Origin: an uncultured Roseobacter sp. | GTDB lineage: Bacteria > Pseudomonadota > Alphaproteobacteria > Rhodobacterales > Rhodobacteraceae | Assembly (NCBI GenBank): GCA_965365545.1 | Contig: CBDUCB010000001.1 | Location: 8,649 to 72,648, forward strand | Direction: 5' to 3' | DNA: 64,000 bases | Shown here: positions 28,937 to 38,426 of the stretch, one piece after another | How positions within the stretch are numbered: position 1 is the first letter of the stretch | Layout: each line of letters starts with the position of its first letter | Position numbers and translations under genes: made by a program | The notes under the pieces: model-generated | The model's database searches: none | Seen by the model: the letters and a program-made list of their open reading frames with translations, nothing else | Told to the model about the DNA's origin: nothing

Positions 28937-30216
28937 TCGGATCTGTTGCCGCGGGGCTGCTGGGCCTGCTTACACTGTCAATTCCTGTCGGGATCGTGCT
29001 TTTTCTGCTCGGCTTCGGGGTGGATAGCTTCTTTTCGGCTTTCCCGTTGACGCGCGGGCTCGGCAACATGGTCTGGTCGGCATCAAATTCAGCGACGCTG
29101 ATCGCGATCCCCTTCTTTGTTCTGCTCGGCGAAATACTGGTGCGCAGCGGCGTGGCCACCCGCACCTATGCCGCGCTCGACCGGTGGGTGAGCTGGCTGC
29201 CCGGGGGGCTGGTGCACGCCAACATTGCCACAGCCACTATGTTTTCCGCGACCTCCGGATCATCCGTCGCAACAGCTGCAACCGTGGCGACCGTCGCGAT
29301 GCCGCAGGCGGAAAAACTGGGTTATGATCCGCGGCTGTTTTCCGGCGCCATTGCCGCAGGCGGCACGCTTGGGATTATGATCCCGCCGTCCATCAACCTC
29401 ATCGTCTATGGGTTTCTGACGCAGTCCTCTATCCCGCAACTGTTCCTCGCGGGCCTGTTGCCGGGCCTCGGTCTCGCACTGGCGTTTATGGTGATCACTG
29501 TACTTTTGTGTATGCTCAGACCTTCTCTGGGCGGGGTGCGCCGCACCTTTCCGTTCGCTCAGATGATGCGCGCGCTGGTGGATCTTATTCCGATCCTGCT
29601 GCTTTTTGGCCTGATTGTCGGGTCGATCTACAAAGGCTGGGCTACACCGACTGAAGCGGCCTCCGTGGGAGTGGCCGGCGCGCTGCTGATCGCGTTCTTT
29701 TTTGGCGGTGTTTCGTTTGACATGCTGGGCCAGAGCGTACTCGGGACCGTGAAAATTACCTCGATGATCATGCTGATCGTGATCGGCGCATCATTTCTTA
29801 ATTTCACGCTGGCCTCTGCAGGACTGGGGCGCGAACTGACTGATTTCATGAACGGTCTGGGATTGACACCTCTGGGGACGATCATGGTGGTGGTGGTTCT
29901 TTATATCGTGCTTGGCTTTTTCATCGAAACCCTGTCACTCATGGTGGTGACCATTCCGATTATCGTGCCGCTTGTGGTCGCGCAGGGGTATGATCCGATC
30001 TGGTTCGGGATCCTGATGATTGTGCTCATCGAGATGGCACTGATCACACCGCCGGTCGGGCTGAACCTTTATGTGGTCCAGGGGGCCCGTAAGTCAGGCA
30101 CGCTGTCCGAGGTCATGGTGGGCACAATTCCTTACGTGGTCGCCATGCTTGTGATGGTTTTTGCGCTGATCGCCTTTCCGTCAATCGCATTGTTCCTGCC
30201 GCAGGCCCTGCAGTAA
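28933..30216 (+). CDS. TRAP transporter large permease (DctM family)
   Basis: A 427-aa polytopic DctM-like protein. Confidence 0.9.
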   Translation: MIGSVAAGLLGLLTLSIPVGIVLFLLGFGVDSFFSAFPLTRGLGNMVWSASNSATLIAIPFFVLLGEILVRSGVATRTYAALDRWVSWLPGGLVHANIATATMFSATSGSSVATAATVATVAMPQAEKLGYDPRLFSGAIAAGGTLGIMIPPSINLIVYGFLTQSSIPQLFLAGLLPGLGLALAFMVITVLLCMLRPSLGGVRRTFPFAQMMRALVDLIPILLLFGLIVGSIYKGWATPTEAASVGVAGALLIAFFFGGVSFDMLGQSVLGTVKITSMIMLIVIGASFLNFTLASAGLGRELTDFMNGLGLTPLGTIMVVVVLYIVLGFFIETLSLMVVTIPIIVPLVVAQGYDPIWFGILMIVLIEMALITPPVGLNLYVVQGARKSGTLSEVMVGTIPYVVAMLVMVFALIAFPSIALFLPQALQ

Positions 30217-30460
30217 AAGCCGGGTTTTCTTTGTAGGAGCGTCGACGTGCCGTTTGAGAGCGGCGAAGCATCGGACGTTCGGGTCGTTCCGGACGCCGGT
30301 GCCTTGCAGCCCACGGGATTTGCCGGCGCAAGCATATCGGTGCCTTTCGCTGCTGTCCGGCGCTCGGGCGGATAAAGGAAGAACAAATTGCAACCGGGCA
30401 TACCGGCATTAATACCACTTGCCCGCGAAAGTATACAGATGCTGTGCAGTATGGCCAGGC

Positions 30461-32812
30461 TTACGCCGCTTGCTGATCGCCGGTATGTGTTTCTGCCGGC
30501 AGTTTCGGCCACTCCACAAAGAAACGGCAGCCGTTTCCCGGCGAAGACTCCAGCGAAATATTTCCTCCGGCAAGCGTGACAGTTTTCTGAACAATTGCGA
30601 GCCCCATACCGCTGCCTTCCACTTCATCGCGCGGTCTGAGCGTTTGAAACATTCCGAAAATACGTTCATGGTATTTCGGGTCAATGCCGGGCCCGTCGTC
30701 TTCGACGCAGAAAAGATGCGCCTCATCTTTATCCCTGACTGACAACCGGATTGTGCCACAGGAATTTTCCGCGTGCTTCACCGCATTCCGCACAAGATTG
30801 AGAAGAACCGTCAGCAGCGGCGTCGCGTTGACATGCACCGTGTTGAGGCTCTGGTCCAGAACCACGGTGAAGCTTTCCGGGACCGCTGCAAGATCGATCA
30901 CCTCGGCGGCCAGCTGCCGGCCCGAGACAAGGCGCGATCCAGCTTCGGTACGACCGATCCTGGCGTGTTCCAGCAGATCGTGAAGCAGCATCGACATGCG
31001 GCTCACACGGTTGCGCAGCAGATCAAAACTTTCTCGGGACTCGTCGGTCAGTACCGGGCCCAGATCTTCTTCAATCCACTGCGACGTCTGCTCGATAGCA
31101 AGCAGTGGGGCTTTCAGATCGTGAGACGCGATATAGGCAAAAGCGTCAAGCTCGCTGTTGGAGCGCGCGAGATCCGCATTGGTCATTTCAAGCTGCGCCA
31201 CAAGTTCTTTTGCTTTGCGCGTGTGTGCCATCTCGATTTCGACGAGACGCTGGTTTTGCGCCGCATCCCGCTGGTGCATCAGTCTTGCCCGGTGCTGAAA
31301 CGCAGCATAGGTGCCAAGCACCAGCAGACCCGCCAGAGTGGCGACAGCGATCTGTGAAAGACGCTGATCGGAAATGAGCGGCTTCGGGCCGAACCATTCC
31401 ATCTGCAGATCACGGTACTCATCTGATGCAAGATATCCCGGGATCACGACGTTCAGCCTCTCGCGTACATCACCAAGTCCGAAGCGCAGCGCCGGAGCGC
31501 GCTGTCCGGAGAAAAGCGGCGGGCGGACTTCCTGCGTCGCGTCCTCAAGGCCACCTTCTCTGGCAGCGGTCCGCAGAACACTGGCGATGTTGACGGCGGC
31601 ACGTATCTCACCCGCAGCCAGCGCGCCCATCATGCCAGTGACGTCTGAATAGATGACAAGATCAATGTCTCCTGCGGCTTCCAGCCTCCGCCGGGCGATA
31701 TTTACATCTACTACTCCGACCCGTTCATTGGCCAGATCCTCCAGCGACTGCGGCCGGAAGCTGTCATCCGCCCTTACGAAAGCCGAGACGGTATATGCGC
31801 TCGTTGGCAATGCAAACTCCATCCGGCGCGCGCGTTCCGGCGTCACACCGGCCTGCGGAAGTATGTCGTAAGTTCCGGCACGGGGACCCGCGGCAAAGGC
31901 GTCGCTGGTGATCGGCACAAAGCGCAGCGAGAGGCCGGCGCGCTTACCCAGTGCACGCAACGCTTCGACGGAAAATCCGGTCAGAGTGCCGTCTTCCCCG
32001 ATCACCTGAAAGGGTGGAAAATGGGTCACACCGACAGTCAGCAGATCCGGAGGCCCTGAGGCTGGTACCAGTCCCCACTGCTGGCGCAGGAGTTCAAGCT
32101 CACCTGAGGCTGAAAGGTCAGACACTGCTGTATTTATGAGCGGCATGAGTTCAGAACGCGAGCCGTGCAGCGCTACAACGCGGTCAAAGGTCTGAAGGGG
32201 TCCGTCAACAACGGCGACCCTGTGATCAATCCGTTTCAGGCGCATATTGTGGAAGAACGGATCGCCGATCACAACAAGCGCATCTGTCAGTCCGGCAAGA
32301 AGCGCGTGCAGACCGTCCGGCCCGCTCTCGTGAGCGATAATCTGGTGGCCGGCGAGTTTTTCGTGGGCTGCGAACGCCATTCGCTGGCTCTCAACGACGC
32401 CAATGCGTTTTGCACTGCCGTCATTCAGGGCAAAGCCGGCGCGGTCTTCGATCCGCACCACAAGATAGTGTGCGGATTGCGCGACGGGCTCCGAATATAT
32501 GTTGGTCGCATTGAGGACACCAAGACGGGTGACGCCCGCAAGCATATGAACTTCGCCCTCTGCCTGCGCACTGATCGCGTCCCACATGGTGGCATAGCGC
32601 CTGAATTCGATATCAAGACCAGCACGTTCAGCTATGCGCGTCGCCAGATTTCCGAAAAACCCGTCAGGGGTGCCGGTTTCTGTTTCCTCGTAAAATCCGG
32701 GCACAGGTGCCCATCCCACCAAGACCACCTCGGCCTGCGCGGAAGGTCCGGCAAGAACCGCGCAAAGGGCAAAGGTGACCTGTCGGAGGGTCGGGAATGG
32801 CATATCGGTCAC
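30461..32812 (-). CDS. sensor histidine kinase with two tandem periplasmic solute-binding (type 3 SBP / Venus-flytrap) domains
   Basis: Order of elements: signal peptide, two SBP-like domains, one TM helix, H-box FAYIASHDLKAPL, then an ATPase domain (VEDDGPGI, GSGMGLAIV). No receiver or HPt domain is present. Confidence 0.85.
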   Translation of the reverse strand: MTDMPFPTLRQVTFALCAVLAGPSAQAEVVLVGWAPVPGFYEETETGTPDGFFGNLATRIAERAGLDIEFRRYATMWDAISAQAEGEVHMLAGVTRLGVLNATNIYSEPVAQSAHYLVVRIEDRAGFALNDGSAKRIGVVESQRMAFAAHEKLAGHQIIAHESGPDGLHALLAGLTDALVVIGDPFFHNMRLKRIDHRVAVVDGPLQTFDRVVALHGSRSELMPLINTAVSDLSASGELELLRQQWGLVPASGPPDLLTVGVTHFPPFQVIGEDGTLTGFSVEALRALGKRAGLSLRFVPITSDAFAAGPRAGTYDILPQAGVTPERARRMEFALPTSAYTVSAFVRADDSFRPQSLEDLANERVGVVDVNIARRRLEAAGDIDLVIYSDVTGMMGALAAGEIRAAVNIASVLRTAAREGGLEDATQEVRPPLFSGQRAPALRFGLGDVRERLNVVIPGYLASDEYRDLQMEWFGPKPLISDQRLSQIAVATLAGLLVLGTYAAFQHRARLMHQRDAAQNQRLVEIEMAHTRKAKELVAQLEMTNADLARSNSELDAFAYIASHDLKAPLLAIEQTSQWIEEDLGPVLTDESRESFDLLRNRVSRMSMLLHDLLEHARIGRTEAGSRLVSGRQLAAEVIDLAAVPESFTVVLDQSLNTVHVNATPLLTVLLNLVRNAVKHAENSCGTIRLSVRDKDEAHLFCVEDDGPGIDPKYHERIFGMFQTLRPRDEVEGSGMGLAIVQKTVTLAGGNISLESSPGNGCRFFVEWPKLPAETHTGDQQAA

Positions 32813-33025
32813 TCTTAAGCGATTTACAGGTCACAGGGTGCTGACTGTAGCGACCCGTGATTGCAAAATGATTAAACAGCGCAGGATCGGCCCCTGGCGA
32901 CGATGTTTCCGGGACACAGACAGGCATGTTAGCAGGAGCGGCCCCTGCAGTACGGGGTGTGTCCGGAGCGACCCGGACAAAGCCCTCTGTCATCGCTGGT
33001 GCGTGAAGTTAAACGGCGCCGCCGT

Positions 33026-33907
33026 TCAGGATTGCAAAGCCGTTTCGGCAGCCCGGCTTTCCGCAGTGACGGGGCTTGCGCAGATGCCGATACCCTCGAT
33101 TTCGACCTCGATGGTCTCGCCCGGGCGCAACCACCGGGGCGGCGTTTTCGCGTGTCCCACACCTGGCGGTGTCCCAAGGGCGATGAGATCACCGGGGGCG
33201 AGGGTCGTATAGCCGGAGATGATCGAAATGGCCTGTGCCGCGGACCAGATCATATTGCCCGTGTCGGACCGCTGCAGAATCTCATCCCCCACCCGGCTTT
33301 CAATGCGCAGACCGCGCGCGCCTTCGGGCAGCTCATCAGGCGTGACCACGACCGGCCCGATGGCACCGGTGTTGTCGAAGTTTTTGCCCGGCGTCCACTG
33401 ATGCGTTTTACGCTGGTAATCACGCACGGATCCGTCGTTGAACACAGTATAGCCAAAGATATGTTCCAGGGCGGTTTCCTCTGAGATGTGCCGGCCGCCC
33501 TTGCCGATGATCAGCATCAGTTCGGCCTCGTAATCCAGTTTGTCAGAGCAGTCAGGCCGGATCATCGGCGCGCCTGCGGGCATTACGGATTTCGGCCCCC
33601 GCATGAAAAGTGCCGGATAGTCCGGAATGTCATACCCGCCTTCGCGGATATGCTCGACGTAGTTCAGGCCCAGACAGATGATCGCTCCGGGGCGTGTCAC
33701 GGGAAGGGCGGGGGTGATTTCTGAGACCGCAACCGGGTCACCGGGTTCATCAAGGCCTGCCAGACTGTCGCGCAGATCACTGCCTGAGGCGAGCGCCGTC
33801 AGGTCTGTCCCGATGGCAGGCAGAGCCCGCGTCAGGTTCCACGCGCTTGTACCTTTGACCGCAAAGACGGCCTGCTCCTTTCCGATGGTACCGACCAGAA
33901 ACCGCAT
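33026..33907 (-). CDS. fumarylacetoacetate hydrolase (FAH) family protein
   Basis: FAH C-terminal domain (DYEAELMLIIGKGG, ...GTPPGVG). I moved the start to the ATG at 33907, which is preceded by GGAGAA. Confidence 0.85.
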   Translation of the reverse strand: MRFLVGTIGKEQAVFAVKGTSAWNLTRALPAIGTDLTALASGSDLRDSLAGLDEPGDPVAVSEITPALPVTRPGAIICLGLNYVEHIREGGYDIPDYPALFMRGPKSVMPAGAPMIRPDCSDKLDYEAELMLIIGKGGRHISEETALEHIFGYTVFNDGSVRDYQRKTHQWTPGKNFDNTGAIGPVVVTPDELPEGARGLRIESRVGDEILQRSDTGNMIWSAAQAISIISGYTTLAPGDLIALGTPPGVGHAKTPPRWLRPGETIEVEIEGIGICASPVTAESRAAETALQS

Positions 33908-33990
33908 TTTATTCTCCGAAAAAGGGGGAAAGCAGGACGCAGCGCCTGTCGGGTTGCCCGGACGGGAAACGCACGCCACAGATCAGGGTG

Positions 33991-34743
33991 CTAACGCGAT
34001 GCCGCGTAGTAGGAGACGCGCCGCTCCAGATAAGCGAGGAACTCTGACAGCGAAAAGGCGAGGGCAAAGAGCACGATCAGAACAGCCCAGAAATGCGACA
34101 TCATGAAGTTGTTCGAATAGAGTTCGAAGAGCGCACCGAAGCCCACGATAGAAATCAGCAGTTGTCCGATGATCACACCTTTGACCGCGCGGATCACGCC
34201 AATGCGGATGCCACCGAGAATCTCGGGCATGGCGGCCCAGAGATAGACCTTGAAAAAGGCATCCAGCGGGCTCGCCCCGAAACAACGCGCCATATCAACC
34301 AGGGACCGGTTGATCTGTTTCACGCCTGCGCGGGAATTAAGGATGATGATCCAGATGGCGAAAAGCGTTGTGGTGATGATTATGGATTTCATTCCAAAGC
34401 CGAAAAGCACCATAAGAACCGGCACAAGAGCGGTTAGCGGTGCACTGAGGAAAATATTGACCCAGGGCAGAATGAGCTCATCGAGAAGACGGCTTTTGCC
34501 GATCATAATTCCCACCGGGACGCCGATCACAATGGCAAAAAACACCCCTGCTATAAAGGCATAGGCGGTTTCATACATCGCCTTCTGAAACGCTGCCGTC
34601 CCGATCACATTGTAAAGCGTGACAAGGACCTCAGAGAGCGGTGGGATAAAGAATGTCCAGCCGGTCTGGCCTACGATTTCCCAAAGCAGTCCCCAGAGCA
34701 AAAGTGACGACATGACGGGCAGTTTGTATCCGTAAACGGTCAT
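33991..34743 (-). CDS. ABC transporter permease (NitT/TauT family)
   Basis: Six-TM BPD-type permease with an EAA-like loop. Confidence 0.85.
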   Translation of the reverse strand: MTVYGYKLPVMSSLLLWGLLWEIVGQTGWTFFIPPLSEVLVTLYNVIGTAAFQKAMYETAYAFIAGVFFAIVIGVPVGIMIGKSRLLDELILPWVNIFLSAPLTALVPVLMVLFGFGMKSIIITTTLFAIWIIILNSRAGVKQINRSLVDMARCFGASPLDAFFKVYLWAAMPEILGGIRIGVIRAVKGVIIGQLLISIVGFGALFELYSNNFMMSHFWAVLIVLFALAFSLSEFLAYLERRVSYYAASR

Positions 34744-34748
34744 CGGTG

Positions 34749-35549
34749 TTACTCCACATAATTCCGAAGTGAGGCCCAGATCTGGTCCACGATGTCGAGA
34801 TATTCAGGCGAGCGACGGATGTTATCCACACCGGTCCCCCGGAAGCTGGTGGGCCGGATGATCTCCGAGACGCGGCTGGGGCGCGGCAGCAGGATTGCGA
34901 TCTGGTCAGAGACATAAACGGCCTCTTCAATCGAGTGGGTCACAAAGATAAAGGTCTTGTTCTCTGTGCGCACCAGTTCCAGCATATCCTCCTGAAATTT
35001 GCGCCTGTTCTGCTCATCTACTGCCGAGAAAGGCTCGTCCAGCAGCAGAACCTGAGCGTCCACCGACAGGGCGCGCGCAAGGCCCACACGCTGGCGCATT
35101 CCGCCAGAAAGCTCATGCGGATAGGCATGCTCAAAACCACCGAGACCGACGCTTTTGATATAGCGTTCCGCGACAGCTTCACGCTCTGATTTCGCGACAC
35201 CGCGCAGCTCAAGCCCGAATGACACATTGCGCAGCACACTGGCCCACGGCAGCAAGGCAAAATCCTGAAAGACAAAGGAACGGTCAGGACCGGGACCGGT
35301 TACTGTTTTACCTTCGATGATGATCTCGCCTGATGTGGGTTCCAGCAGGCCCGCGATGATCTTAAGCAGCGTGGTCTTGCCGCAACCCGAAGGACCGAGC
35401 AGCGAGGTCAGCTGCCCGCGCGGGAACTCAAGCGACAGATCCTTCAGCGCTTCGACTTCGCCGTAGTTTTTGCTGACGTTCCGGACGGAAACCGCGGATT
35501 CGTGTTCGATGGGCTCAGCCTTATCAAAGGCATTATTAGTCTGAGACAT
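34749..35549 (-). CDS. ABC transporter ATP-binding protein (NitT/TauT family)
   Basis: Walker A GPSGCGKTT, signature LSGGMRQR and Walker B LLLDEPFS. I moved the start to the ATG at 35549 (MSQTNNAF), which overlaps the upstream permease end by 14 nt. Confidence 0.9.
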   Translation of the reverse strand: MSQTNNAFDKAEPIEHESAVSVRNVSKNYGEVEALKDLSLEFPRGQLTSLLGPSGCGKTTLLKIIAGLLEPTSGEIIIEGKTVTGPGPDRSFVFQDFALLPWASVLRNVSFGLELRGVAKSEREAVAERYIKSVGLGGFEHAYPHELSGGMRQRVGLARALSVDAQVLLLDEPFSAVDEQNRRKFQEDMLELVRTENKTFIFVTHSIEEAVYVSDQIAILLPRPSRVSEIIRPTSFRGTGVDNIRRSPEYLDIVDQIWASLRNYVE

Positions 35550-36297
35550 AACCACGGTTGTTCCCTTCAAAGAGTGTGTTTTCTATTCTTTCCAGCAGGT
35601 TCAGGAAAAGAACCGCGAGCAGAATGATGGAGAAGATCGCGGCATACATGCTGGGATAATCCGCGATGGACCGGCTGTAGGTGATGATATCGCCAACGCC
35701 GGTGGGGGTGATTTTCAGCTCCGACAGGATGGCGCCGATGAAACCCGCGGAAATCCCCAGTCGCAGGCCGGAAAAGATAACCGGCGAGGCGGCCGGAATG
35801 ATGATCTTGAGGATGATGTCCCGGTCGGAGGCCAGAAATGATCTGCCCATATCCTTGATATTGGAGGGCGTATTCCGCACGGCGCCGGCGGTGTTCAGAA
35901 CAATTACAGGCATGGCCATGATGCAGACCACAAAGACTTTGGACGTCAGACCGATGCCGTAGGCCATTACAAGGATCGGGATCAGGGCGGCCAGCGGTGC
36001 TGCCTGCATCACGATGAAAATCGGCGAAAAGAGCCACTCAAATCGTTGACTCAGTCCGACCCAGAGACCGATCACAATGCCTGAGGTTGCCGAGATTGCG
36101 ATGCCGATCGCGAGCGGTTTCAGTGTTTCCGCGTAGGCCACGAAAATCGACCCGTCGAATGTCATCGCCAAAAGCGCGGACATGGATTCGATAAAGGTCG
36201 GAAAGGCATAGCTCACAGGAATGCGGCCGGCGATTTCCCAGGCACCGAATACGATCACGGCAGACAGGATTTTCAGATAGAAGGAACGGTTCTGCAT
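35536..36297 (-). CDS. ABC transporter permease (NitT/TauT family)
   Basis: Second BPD-type permease of the same transporter. Confidence 0.85.
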   Translation of the reverse strand: MQNRSFYLKILSAVIVFGAWEIAGRIPVSYAFPTFIESMSALLAMTFDGSIFVAYAETLKPLAIGIAISATSGIVIGLWVGLSQRFEWLFSPIFIVMQAAPLAALIPILVMAYGIGLTSKVFVVCIMAMPVIVLNTAGAVRNTPSNIKDMGRSFLASDRDIILKIIIPAASPVIFSGLRLGISAGFIGAILSELKITPTGVGDIITYSRSIADYPSMYAAIFSIILLAVLFLNLLERIENTLFEGNNRGYVSD

Positions 36298-36369
36298 GTC
36301 AGACTTCCGCTTATTTCAGGTGGTAGTATCCGGGCCGCGCGCAAAGCGTGGCGCGACCCGGTTTTCGGT

Positions 36370-37347
36370 TCAGTTGCTCATGGCCGCATCGAGCGGGGCA
36401 AGGTACCAGAAGTCCTCGATGTTGAGCTCGGAGGGATCGCCTTCAAGCTGCCCGGCCGCCGAATACCACTCCATGTCCGCCTGTGCCGCTTTGCGACCAC
36501 CACCGTTGGGATCATAAAGGCCCCCTTCGACAGCTGCGGAATAAAACTCATCCAGACCAGCCAGCAGTTCCGCCGGCAACTGCCCGATAGGGCCGTCAGG
36601 ATTGGTCTCGCGGGCGATAATAGAAGGGTCTTCGGACATATCCTGCCAGACGCTGACAAGAGCATCGACGAAAATGCCGACCTGTTCTTCGTTCTCCTTG
36701 ATCCAGTCAAGATTGGCAAAGAGCGCTTCATCACTCGCGTCGACCTCGAACATCGGCAGAACATTAAAGTCATCGCCGGCCTGTTTCATGATCTTGTTCT
36801 TGTTGGACAGATCAATGATCGTCGCGTCCGTCTGACCGGAAATCAGGGCCACCACACGGTTGGCCGAGCCGGGCACATAAGACCTTTCCCCGAATTTGAT
36901 GCCGACCTTATCCTCGATGACATTGGCGATGGAATCCGTGCCGCCGCCGCGCGAGTGCAGCAGGATCGGCTGACCGTCGAGGTCTTTCAGTTCACTGTAG
37001 GCTTTGGATGTGACCGGGAAAAACTTCAGCTTGGAGAGCTGAAAGATAATGCGGATCGGTGCTTTGGATCGCTGCATGGCAGAGTAAGGCGTGCCAAAAC
37101 CGATATTCATCTGACCGCTGAGCACCGCCTGAATTGCCAGTTCTTCATCGGAGAAGGCCGTCCATTCGTAATCGAGACCGTTCGCCTTGGCGCGGTCAAG
37201 CGCCACAAAAAACGCGGCAAGCTCGTCAGACGGTGTCTCTGCGAGAGCGATCTTCAGTTTTTCGGCTGACGCCGTGCCCGCCATAAGCGATGCGGCGAGG
37301 GGAACTGCCACAGCAAGTCCCGCGATTTTTTTCATCAGTGTTCTCAT
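36370..37347 (-). CDS. ABC transporter substrate-binding protein (NMT1/SsuA-like)
   Basis: Signal peptide ...LMAGTASAEK and an NMT1/THI5-like periplasmic binding fold. Confidence 0.8.
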   Translation of the reverse strand: MRTLMKKIAGLAVAVPLAASLMAGTASAEKLKIALAETPSDELAAFFVALDRAKANGLDYEWTAFSDEELAIQAVLSGQMNIGFGTPYSAMQRSKAPIRIIFQLSKLKFFPVTSKAYSELKDLDGQPILLHSRGGGTDSIANVIEDKVGIKFGERSYVPGSANRVVALISGQTDATIIDLSNKNKIMKQAGDDFNVLPMFEVDASDEALFANLDWIKENEEQVGIFVDALVSVWQDMSEDPSIIARETNPDGPIGQLPAELLAGLDEFYSAAVEGGLYDPNGGGRKAAQADMEWYSAAGQLEGDPSELNIEDFWYLAPLDAAMSN

Positions 37348-37425
37348 TTTTTCCTCCCTGAGAATACAACTCTTATGGTTTTTGTTTGCCTGCGTTGTCT
37401 GTTGTGCCCGCTCTCCTGACCGTGC

Positions 37426-38121
37426 CTAGACGTCACGGAAGAGCCATGCTGAAACGGCGCGCAGATGTGTGCGCATCGCCTCATAAGCTGCGACGGGGTC
37501 ACGGCCGGATATCGCTGCTGCGATCCGGTCATGGTGTTCAAAACTGAAGTGATCTTCTGAGGGCCGGGGCGTGTGCCGGGTCACTGTCCCCCACACAATC
37601 TCGCGGCGAACCTGGTTGAGCTGTTCAAAGATGCTCAGCAGCAAAAGGTTGTCGCTGCCTTCGGCAATCGCCCGGTGAAAGAGGTCGTCATATTGCTCAT
37701 AGGCCTGCCAGCTCTGCGCTTTGCGTGAGTGTTCAAGTGCGTGCTCCATGCGGGCGAGCGCTTCGGAGGACGTGTTCATTGCGGCCTCGCGTGCAATCGC
37801 AGGCTCAATGGCGAGGCGCGCGCGCATCATGCGAAACGGCGTAAGGTGTCTGCCGATCTTTGCCGCCGGCGGGGTATCGGGTGCTTCTGTGCCCGCAGGG
37901 CCCGAGACAAATGTGCCTTTGCCCACATGGCGCCATATCGTGCCTTCACGCTCAAGCGCATCAAGAGCTTTGCGCAGGCTGCCACGGCTGATGCCAAGCT
38001 TATCAGTCAGGTTGCGTTCCGAAGGCAGCTTCTGTCCTGCCTCGAGACCGCTCTCAGCGATGAAGCCGCGAAGCCCTGAAAGGGCGCCATCCCGGTCGTT
38101 CAGATCTTCTTTGCGCAGCAT
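37426..38121 (-). CDS. GntR family transcriptional regulator (FadR/FCD subfamily), copy 1
   Basis: Winged HTH (LPSERNLTDKLGISRGSLRKALDALEREG) plus an FCD ligand domain. Confidence 0.85.
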   Translation of the reverse strand: MLRKEDLNDRDGALSGLRGFIAESGLEAGQKLPSERNLTDKLGISRGSLRKALDALEREGTIWRHVGKGTFVSGPAGTEAPDTPPAAKIGRHLTPFRMMRARLAIEPAIAREAAMNTSSEALARMEHALEHSRKAQSWQAYEQYDDLFHRAIAEGSDNLLLLSIFEQLNQVRREIVWGTVTRHTPRPSEDHFSFEHHDRIAAAISGRDPVAAYEAMRTHLRAVSAWLFRDV

Positions 38122-38141
38122 TTACGCTCCTCCGCGTCAGA

Positions 38142-38153
38142 TTGGTCAACCAA
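38142..38153. promoter_or_regulatory. GntR-type operator candidate TTGGTCAACCAA
   Basis: Inverted repeat TTGGT-N2-ACCAA lies about 20 nt upstream of the GntR copy-1 start codon. It fits the GT-N-AC core typical of GntR/FadR operators. Confidence 0.4.
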
Positions 38154-38414
38154 AGTTGCCCAACCCTGATCAATAAGGGACCAATCCGGCAGATAAAGCA
38201 AGGCTGGTGCAGTGTTCGTGATATTCCATATGCCGTAGAGTACCGGCTGTATTCTGATTTTGCCGGCAAGGGAGTACACATACTGTATCCCTGTGGAACT
38301 TAAATTATAAAATATAATCAGTATTTTGAACTGTATACGGGTGATTGATTCCGCTCATATTCAGATCAGGTTGCGCTGGCATACAGGTCCCGCCGAGCGA
38401 CCCTTTCTCCATAT

Positions 38415-38426
38415 TTGGTCGACCAA
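38415..38426. promoter_or_regulatory. GntR-type operator candidate TTGGTCGACCAA (perfect palindrome)
   Basis: Perfect 12-bp palindrome in the same 454-bp intergenic region, with the same half-site as 38142-38153. Confidence 0.45.

Noticed and set aside
34822-34830. Perfect DnaA-box sequence TTATCCACA.
   Set aside because: It is a single occurrence inside the ABC ATPase coding region, with no clustering and no AT-rich unwinding element. This is consistent with chance.
38296-38335. Calling a specific sigma-70 promoter in the AT-rich core upstream of GntR copy 1 (minus-strand TTCAAA...TATAAT).
   Set aside because: The spacer is only 15 nt and other hexamer pairings are equally poor. The AT-richness is noted in a finding, but no promoter coordinates can be supported.
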